A stretch of DNA of 63,635 nt, counting the filler, from Chrysochromulina tobinii (lineage: Eukaryota), in assembly GCA_001275005.1 (NCBI GenBank). It is 7 parts of 7 records of this genome, joined end to end, with 100 filler letters (N's around TTAATTAATTAA, not from the genome) between each part and the next. Parts side by side here need not be neighbours in the genome. Positions count along the whole stretch, not along the records: positions 55,810 to 59,497 come from JWZX01000015.1; positions 59,598 to 63,635 come from JWZX01000017.1; 5 more parts are not named here. One strand, given 5' to 3'. The notes beneath the pieces are model-generated. The model was not told the origin of the DNA. It did no database searches and saw only the letters and a list, made by a program, of their open reading frames with translations. Below are positions 56,258 through 63,635 of this stretch, piece by piece. The position numbers and the translations under genes were made by a program. How positions within the stretch are numbered: the first letter of the stretch is position 1; the number at the start of each line of letters is the position of its first letter.

Positions 56258-57051
56258 TCAACCTTTAAGAGCTGCCAACTTACCTCGCAGCATAGCCATG
56301 TCCTCCTCCTCATCTCCGTCAGCCGCCTTTGCTGACTCATAAGCCTGATGTGTAGCTGCACTCTTTGCTCCGCCCATCGCCTCCGCGTTGAGCTCCGTCA
56401 ATATCTTCGCCACTTCTTCATCAGCAGCGTCCTCGTCGTCGGCCTCGTCCACGGTGTCCATCACGTCGTCTACCATCTCTTCTATGATGCCAGCCTGCAC
56501 GCGATCAAACACCCATGAGTCATCTTACTCGCAAGGATGTACCAATTTCGAGCTCGCGCACCTTAGTCATCTCTCGCTGAAAGGCTTGCATCGTCTCCTG
56601 CACTGCTTCGACCTTGGCAAGTTTATTCATCATCATCATCACACCAGCGGTATCGTTCATGCGTTGAATCATCTGGCCCTGCGCGACCTGCATTTCCACA
56701 TTCATTATCACTGAATTCATCTGCGCTTTGGAAGTCTCAAGCCGGTTTACAGCTTTCCGGGACCGCACAACTTCCTTGGCAAGCATCTTGCATGTATCTA
56801 AATCTCCACGCTTGCCAGCAGCCTTAATTGAACTCTTGATCTTGTGCTCTTCACGCTGAATATCTGCTCAGCCCCGTGGTGCACAAGCACAACATTCAGG
56901 TTGATTTGCGTATGTGGAGTGGGTTCACTCGCCAAACGGGACCACGTATGTTCCTATCGATCTTGCGTGACTCGCCACGCATAGCTGCCTTCCACTTCTT
57001 GACCTGCTCCTTCGGGTCGGGCCCTGAGACGAGTTCTTGCAATCCTTTCAT
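56258..57051 (-). CDS. CHMP3: ESCRT-III subunit CHMP3/VPS24; exons approx. 57051-56943, 56863-56562, 56494-56258
   Basis: PDPKEQVKKW..IDRNIRDIQREE..LAKEVVRSRKAVNRLETSKAQMNSV..EMTKAGIIEEMVDD..LAALKG. Confidence 0.92.
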
Positions 57052-57399
57052 GGCAATCTTGGGGACGTTGGGGGGGGGGTTCTCGCGAAGGGGAAAGTAT
57101 AGGCGCGTAATCTCGCGTAATCTGGATTCTGCATGGCGATATTTGGATCTTGAAATCTGTCCAATCTTTGCGTGCTTTGCGAGTCGCGTCACCACTCACC
57201 CACCAAGATGCTGCGAGGATCGCGCAAGGCTTGTACGTTGTAGCCGACAAGCCCGGTAATACTCACCCGGCGCTGGCAAGGAGGGGACCAGCGAAGTCCA
57301 TATAAATCACAGCCGCGGGCGGAGGCTGCCGCGCATCTTCCAATGGCTTGCGCAGGAATGGTAAGGCGCGCGCACGACCGCGTGAGACAGCATCACGCG

Positions 57400-57645
57400 T
57401 GGGCAGATCAGGCGTGGCCTGAGCGTTGGGAGGCAAGCCATGGTCGGCGGTCCGATCGTGGCGAGCACGCCATCTACCTCGGTCCTTCTGAGGTCAGCCC
57501 TGGCCACGTGGTCTACTTGCTCTCTTCTCGTCGCATTACCACTGTGGCCAAAATCCATCCGTGGGAGGATCAGTTCCCTGGCATTGCCGGCGAGCGGTAC
57601 TCGTGGTTTGCTGATGATACCCCGCCGCCGCCGGGCTCGGACTAA
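57400..57645 (+). mobile_element. Copia-type retrotransposon remnant (post-integrase SH3-like region)
   Basis: RGEHAIYLGPSEVSPGHVVY..ITT..EDQFPG. Confidence 0.6.
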
Positions 57646-58030
57646 ACCTGACTAAAACGTGCTAAGTGCTCCCGTATAGGGAACACATAGGGAACACCTA
57701 GGGAGTACTGAGCATACACATGCCCATAGGGAACACCTAGGGAGTACTGAGCATACACATGCCCCGTGATAGCCCCTCACGGCTGCGGCGAAAGCCATGC
57801 GGCCGTACATATTAATCGGGGCACACCACACCCGTGGCAGCGTAGGTGTCAAAGAGACGAAGGAGCTCGTGGTAGACGACCCGGGCCACAGCCTTAGTCA
57901 GAAGGTCGGCAACCATCACACGCCCCGGTAAGTGTCGTACTTCAATGACCAGACGAGCTACGAGATCGCGAAGGAACTCCGCCGCACGCAGGATGTGCTT
58001 GGTCATTTTGAACGCCACCCGCTGCGGCGA
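57646..58030 (-). mobile_element. Copia-type remnant: RNase H C-terminus, purine tract and probable 3' LTR start with 39-bp duplication
   Basis: TKHILRAAEFLRDLV..MVADLLTK; then GGGGCA|TGTGTATG at about 57759; 39-bp tandem at 57686-57763. Confidence 0.75.
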
Positions 58031-59497
58031 GATCATGCTGAGCACAATAAGCATGCTGAGCACGCTAAGCTTGCTGAGCACGCTGAGCACGCTGCGGCGA
58101 TGTTGTAGCGATGTTGGCGATGATGAGCCCACTGAGCACAAAATGAGGATGCGCGCTGACGGCCCGCTGAGCATGATGAAAGACAGAAACCCCGACTACG
58201 TGTCTATTTTATCGAGATCTGGGCGCGCGGTGGCAGCACGACGACAGCCGGTGAGGAACGCTCAAACCGAAAACGAGGGGCGAGGGCGAGGGGCGCCGAG
58301 GGGCGGAGAGGGGCAAAACAGCGGGAACTAACGTCCTTTTCGTACAATGCCGTGCGAGATAATGTGTTTTGGACTTCGAGGATACTAGAGCCCTGGGTGG
58401 GAAATATCGACTTTTTGGCATTCGACACTCATGCAACAAATAGCATACCCATGTGTTCCGCCGAGTATGCTGATCACAACGGTGCCATCGGTACCCTCAA
58501 CACACAACGGATAGCTTACAAATGTCCATCCGAAGTCACGACTTTTTTTCATTCACTGAGGGCTCAGGCACAGCGCGTGCCTCACAAGGCCGATTCTTGA
58601 CGAGGAGAGGCCGCCCGAGGGCGATCTCGGGCGCGTTCGAACGGCAATCGATCACACCTGACCACACGGCACATATTCAGCTGTGCCCGCCTCGGTCAGA
58701 TCGCATGCCGACGTGCAACGTGCGATTCCGGTGGAGGCAACGGAGGGGCTCGGGCGTTGCGGCAAGCGGCCATTCGATGGCAAGGCGGCAAGCACGCAGG
58801 CCGAGCCGCGGCGCATCAGAACCGCACGACCGTAGATCGCGCACCTGCACGTTGCACACCACGTCAGAGGCTCGTTCTTGAATGAAAGCTACGTAGTTGG
58901 GGTCGGCGCCGTAGGCGTGAAAATGTAGGGTCAGGGCGGGCAGTGCGGTCGGTAGGCGAGATCTGGTCGGTAGGAGGTGCCCAAAGGTGCGTTGGAGTCG
59001 GGGCTGCGTAGAGGGTGCACCTACGTGGTGAAATGGTGGCTGCTGCGGTGGCGGCGGCCGTTCCGGCGGATCTGGAGGTGGTGGTGAGGGTAGCGGCAGT
59101 GAGCATGGAGATGGCGGCGTGAGCGACCGAGGCGGAGACGGCAGAGGCGGCAGCGATGGCGGCGGTGATGGCTGCGGCAGCGATGCTATCGGCGTCAGAG
59201 GCGATGCTATCGATGATGGCCATGGCCGGTGCGGTGGTGGTAGGAGCGGCGATAGCAGCGGAAGCGGCAGCAGCAGCAGCAACAGCGGCGGCGAGCGTTG
59301 GCGATGGCTGCGTGAGCGACCGAGGCGAAGACGGCAGAGGCGGCAACGATGGCGCCGGTGATGGCTGCGGCTAGGCTGCGGCGGCGGTGCTATCGGCGGC
59401 GGAGGCGACGCTATCGATGGCGATGGCGGCTGCGGTGGTGGTAGGAGTGGCGATAGCAGCGGCAGCAGCAGCAGCAACGGCTGTCCGGGGGCGATGG

Positions 59498-59597
59498 NNN
59501 NNNNNNNNNNNNNNNNNNNNNNNNNNNNNNNNNNNNNNNNNTTAATTAATTAANNNNNNNNNNNNNNNNNNNNNNNNNNNNNNNNNNNNNNNNNNNN
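59498..59597. other. Artificial contig spacer
   Basis: N44-TTAATTAATTAA-N44. Confidence 0.99.
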
Positions 59598-59684
59598 TCC
59601 TGTCGAGTAGCTGTCGAGTATCCTGTCAAGGAGCTGTCGAGTTCCTGTCGAGTTTCCTGTCGAGTTGTCGAGGCCAGGGCTCAA
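59598..59684 (-). mobile_element. Left end of a second, inverted copy of the CTCGACA/TIR element, cut by the contig start
   Basis: Reverse complement reads TTGAGCCCTGGCCTCGACAACTCGACAGGAAACTCGACAGGAACTCGACAG, closely matching 62049 onward. Confidence 0.85.
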
Positions 59685-60144
59685 CACTAAATGGGACCCC
59701 GAGTCCGTCGTAGTCACTAGTGGCGGAGTGTCGGGCGGGTTGTGTCGCGTGGTCCGGCGTTTCCCGATTAATTTTTTAATATCGACGGGACGACGCGACC
59801 AGGACCACCGACGACGGGCCATCCGGCGTCGAATCATACTTCGAATAGTCGTCAGTCGTGAGCGCGAGCAGCGACCGCTGACACGGATCACGGTCACGCA
59901 GCCACGCGCAGCGCACACATCCAGCAGTACGTGCACGCCTTTTAATCAAAGAGCACGCGTGCCGCGCCTCCCTCGCCCGGTGCTCGCGCGTGGAAGTCAT
60001 CGCCAATCAAATTGCTGCAGTGCCGCTCTCCGCGGCCAACGATCCTCCCTGTACCGCTCGCTGTTCGCTTCGTCCCCAATGTCGCCCGGTCTCGCGGTCG
60101 GAGGGTTGGCCACCCCGTCTGACGCGCACTCAAAGGGCATGCAG

Positions 60145-61578
60145 TCAGCGCGCACGCGTAGGGCCTGGGGTTATTCTTTTCCCCCACGGCCGCAGGGCCA
60201 TAGTCTCAACAGGCGGCGTCGGGCCGACTGAGCCGATCGGAGGTAGGACAAGAGGCGCAACCGAAGAAGTGCCACGCCACATCGCATTGTGCAGCTCAAG
60301 CTCCTTCAGCTGTTGCTGATAGGCCTGCAGCTGCTCGAGTAAATATGAGACCACTTGCTCGCGCTGTGCTGCATCGAGTGTTTGCAGCGATCGATGCCCT
60401 CCCGCCTGATCAGCTTGAGTCAGCATGCCATCCTGAGTGTCTGCCAGGCATTGCAAAGTGAACTTCACTGCCTCATCCTGAAGAGTCAAGACGCTGTTGT
60501 ACTTTCCCTCCACGTCCTGCAAGCTTGTCTGCAGCCTCGACAACTCCTCATGCGCGATGACCAGGCGCTCCTGAGTTCCGCGCAACGCGTCTTGCAAGCT
60601 CTCGCGTTCGCGCAGCGCTTCCGCCCGCTCGCGCTCTTTGCCGTCGTCTTCGAGACGCATACGGTGCAACTCAGCCTGCTGAGACGAGTCCAGCGCATTT
60701 AGTTTCGAAAGCAACGTCTTGATGGTCTTCTGGTAAACGTTCACCTTGCGCGCAAACTCTTCCTCTGTCTGCTTGTGTAACGCGAGTGCACGCATGAGTG
60801 ACTTGTTCTCGGCGACAAGCTTGTCGTTCTTGCGGATGAGCTTCTCAGTCTCCTTGGACTGCCACGCAAGCTCTGATGACATTTGCTCGTTCTCTGCAAT
60901 CGTGCGCTTCGTCGTTGTGTCAAGTTGGTTGTCGGTCATCTTGAGTAGGTTGGCCTTCGTCTCGCGCAGCTTGAGGAGCATCTCTTTTTTGAGCCTATCC
61001 TTCTCCTGGACGTGTTTGCGTTCGAGATCGCTGATGCTAGACGATGATTCCTGAGCCTGATCCTCGAGCTTGCGCTTTTTGTCCGCGAGCTCCTGTTCCA
61101 GCTCCGCTTCTTTCTTGATGAAGATTTCGACGCGCTTGAGCTCTGCCTTGACGGACGCCAACTCCATCTGAAGCAGCGATTTTTCCTCCATGGCCTTGTC
61201 TTGCATCTCCTGTAGCGTCCTCTCATTTTCTTGGGTCATCTGCTCCTGATCTTCCATTAGCTTGAGCTTCTGCTCCTTGAGCTCATTCACCTCTCCGTTC
61301 TTCTTATGTATCTCGGCACGAAGATACTCAAAGATGTCTTCGTGGTTGGCCAGCTCGCGTTGCATCTTCGTTTGGATGTCCACCTGTGCTTGACCCGCAT
61401 TCGCAGTGCCCTCCTCCAGCTGCTGTATGCGATCCAAAAGTTTCGTGATGTACATCTGGATCACGGCCCGGTCGGCTTCCATAAGTTTGACCGCAAGATC
61501 CCCCTTCGTCAAGATCGCCCCGGCAGCATCCTGCAACGCGTCGCCAACAAGACTGGATGGCACGGGAAGGACAGACAT
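60145..61578 (-). CDS. CFAP157: Cilia- and flagella-associated protein 157-like coiled-coil protein
   Basis: LERKHVQEKDRLKKEM..QLDTTTKRTIAENEQMSSELAWQSKETEKL. Confidence 0.8.
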   Translation of the reverse strand: MSVLPVPSSLVGDALQDAAGAILTKGDLAVKLMEADRAVIQMYITKLLDRIQQLEEGTANAGQAQVDIQTKMQRELANHEDIFEYLRAEIHKKNGEVNELKEQKLKLMEDQEQMTQENERTLQEMQDKAMEEKSLLQMELASVKAELKRVEIFIKKEAELEQELADKKRKLEDQAQESSSSISDLERKHVQEKDRLKKEMLLKLRETKANLLKMTDNQLDTTTKRTIAENEQMSSELAWQSKETEKLIRKNDKLVAENKSLMRALALHKQTEEEFARKVNVYQKTIKTLLSKLNALDSSQQAELHRMRLEDDGKERERAEALRERESLQDALRGTQERLVIAHEELSRLQTSLQDVEGKYNSVLTLQDEAVKFTLQCLADTQDGMLTQADQAGGHRSLQTLDAAQREQVVSYLLEQLQAYQQQLKELELHNAMWRGTSSVAPLVLPPIGSVGPTPPVETMALRPWGKRITPGPTRAR

Positions 61579-62048
61579 GGACCTCTACTGCCCACCCCAG
61601 CTGCGAGCCAAGAGGTCGGGGGCGCCCGGATGCCACGCCTCCGCTCACGAGACCTGCTTGTACGGCCGCGCGCGCGCGGTGCCGTACTGTACAGTATCTG
61701 ACTTTTGCGCCCGACGCGACGCTCCGTCCTCGCGAAACGCACTTACTATGAACCAAATGTGTGGATTGAAGGCTCTGACTGCAAAAAGGGGACACGTCGA
61801 GACCACTCCGAACACGCCGCGACTTTTCCACTCGACATAATCGACATATCTGCGCCCACATGGTCTGGCCGGGCCCCAGACCCCCAGTATAACCCAACAT
61901 GTACATGTACTGGAGCCTGGTTATTGGTTACATCTACATGTACCGTCTTATCGAACCGAACGTCCCCATTTCGCGTTCTCTTCCAAAGTTACCGTAAGTT
62001 CCAATCGCTACCCCTTTGTCGCTACCTTTCTCCTCAGCGCGGGAGGCA

Positions 62049-62974
62049 TTGAGCCCTGGCCTCGACAACAACCGACAACTCGACAGGAAACTCGACAGGA
62101 ACTCGACAGGCTACTCGACAGGATAGCTCTTGATAGCTCGACAGCTACTTGACAGACCTCGACAGACCTCGACAGACCTCGACATAACCCCCCCTGACTA
62201 CATGTGCCGGCGGCGTCAAGTGTCAAGCTCGACAGCTCGACAGCTCGACAGACATCGACAGACCTCGACAGGCCTTGACACGAGGTCTGAGACTGGGTAA
62301 AGCCGGGTTACAAGAGCCCCACTCCTTCAAGGTGAAGGTTGATGGACCCACTCGTGGTCAACTACACAACTTCGTGGCTAGATGATGGATGTTCTGGTGG
62401 ACCTTTCGTTCCACGTTCGTGCTCTTATTCGTGCTCTTTTCAACCTAAATACCTAATTCTCCTCAGAATTGCATTAAGGTTGCATTTTCTGGTCTTGAAA
62501 CCAGTGGCTAGGTAGGGGTTTAGGGTGGGTATTACAAAAATAACAGTAAAGAAACCTGTGCCTATGTAGGGGTTAGGGGTCAGGGGTTAGGTTGTGTCGA
62601 TAGGTTGTGACGTCCTGTCTCCGAGTTCTTTATCCGTTTGACCTTGTAGTTTGGTTGGTGGTTTATGTGTGGGTCCTCTAGGCCTACTGCTGTGAGAGTC
62701 AGAGTGCTTCATGCAAAATAGCAAAGCTACATGCCATTCTCGAGCTCGACAGCACACTCGACATAACTCGACTCAGCCTCGACATAGAAACTCGACAGCC
62801 CTCGACAGCCCTCGACAGCAACTCGACGCGCCGCCAGACATGTAGTCAGCCTCGACGGGGCTCGACAGGAACTCGACAGGCTCGACAAGGCTCGACAGGC
62901 AAGGCCTCGACAACGGCCTCGACAACGGCTCGACGGAGCCTCGACAGCTCGACAGCTCGACAGCCAGGGCTCAA
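62049..62974 (+). mobile_element. Non-autonomous TIR element (926 bp) with same-strand CTCGACA arrays in both arms
   Basis: TTGAGCCCTGGC (62049-62060) / GCCAGGGCTCAA (62963-62974); internal IR CTGACTACATGT (62194-62205) / ACATGTAGTCAG (62838-62849); AT-richer non-coding core. Confidence 0.8.
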
Positions 62975-63107
62975 TTCATCGCATCGATTTGTTATCCGAT
63001 TTGGTATCCTAATCCTTAGTTTATACTTATAGAGTAGGCAGTAGCGGCCTTGTTCTCTGTCTCATGTACAGATGTGCTGTCGGCCTCTGTACGCGCGGCA
63101 CACCCAC

Positions 63108-63587
63108 TCACGTCCCTTCTATGTCTTCCTCTACCACTTCGAGGACCGCCGCCCCCTCACGCACCCTGTCCACATAAAATCGCCGTGATATTGCCTCGGC
63201 AGTGTCGCCGTCGCTGTTGACGAGCGTGCTGTTCGCACCAGCGGCGCGGAGCTGTGACACCGCTCCCTCATGGCCGTTGGCGCACGCTAGCATGAGCGCC
63301 GTGTTTCCCTCCGCATCCGCGGAGTCAAGGGCTGCTCTGTGCACGAGCAGCACACGCACAAGCGCTTCGTGCCCGTTCGCAGCTGCATCCATCAGAGGCG
63401 TCCAGCCCGTGGAGAAGGGCGCGTTCACATCGGCGCCAGCTGCCAGCAGCCGCTCGGCCTCCGTCGCGTCTCCGTCGAAGCACGCATCCTCCATAATCCG
63501 AAGGCACTCCTCAAGCCGCCGCGAAAGCGCATCGGAACTTGTGCCTTTTGTTGCGATTGTTCGAGAGTAGCTCCTCGGATCCCCCAC
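63108..63587 (-). CDS. Ankyrin-repeat protein, 5' end uncertain
   Basis: GADVN..GWTPLMDAAANGHEALVRVLL and GNTALMLACANGHEGAV. Confidence 0.8.
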   Translation of the reverse strand: MGDPRSYSRTIATKGTSSDALSRRLEECLRIMEDACFDGDATEAERLLAAGADVNAPFSTGWTPLMDAAANGHEALVRVLLVHRAALDSADAEGNTALMLACANGHEGAVSQLRAAGANSTLVNSDGDTAEAISRRFYVDRVREGAAVLEVVEEDIEGT

Positions 63588-63635
63588 AGGCGATCGAGAG
63601 GGAAGAAGTGGGCGAAGACCGCTTACACTAGCTTG

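Noticed and set aside
58677..59497. Pro-rich ORF with an internal duplication
   Set aside because: Low-complexity contig end; reading frame cannot be determined.
16727..59597. Six recurring TTAATTAATTAA motifs within N runs
   Set aside because: Identical 100-nt assembly joiners with stops in all frames; not biological. ORFs running into them are truncated.

Overview
GC-rich eukaryotic DNA, most consistent with a haptophyte (prymnesiophyte) alga. This assignment is inferred from the GT-AG introns, high GC and gene families. The window is seven unrelated contigs joined by six artificial 100-nt spacers (N44-TTAATTAATTAA-N44), so adjacency across spacers means nothing. Recognisable genes: alpha/beta hydrolase, DUF229/sulfatase-like protein, LIN52-like, FIST+LON-N fusion, EF-hand proteins, TTC14-like, 2OG-Fe(II) oxygenase, SAMHD1-like HD dNTPase, ARM-RING protein, J-domain/SH3-like/DGQHR protein, PhyH dioxygenase, Skp1-like/F-box/LRR protein, VDAC, DDX47, methyltransferase, sulfotransferase-like, CHMP3, CFAP157 and an ankyrin protein. 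Mobile DNA includes a LINE fragment, Copia remnants and a non-coding TIR element. The strongest leads are: (1) the TIR element packed with same-strand CTCGACA repeats and lacking a TSD, with a second inverted copy bracketing CFAP157; (2) a SAMHD1 / ARM-RING / J-DGQHR cluster that may be antiviral; (3) introns built of 10-bp periodic TGAT units, some with duplicated junctions; (4) a LINE polyprotein with a ubiquitin-tail-like LRLRGAG motif. All domain calls were made by eye from motifs; no searches were run.
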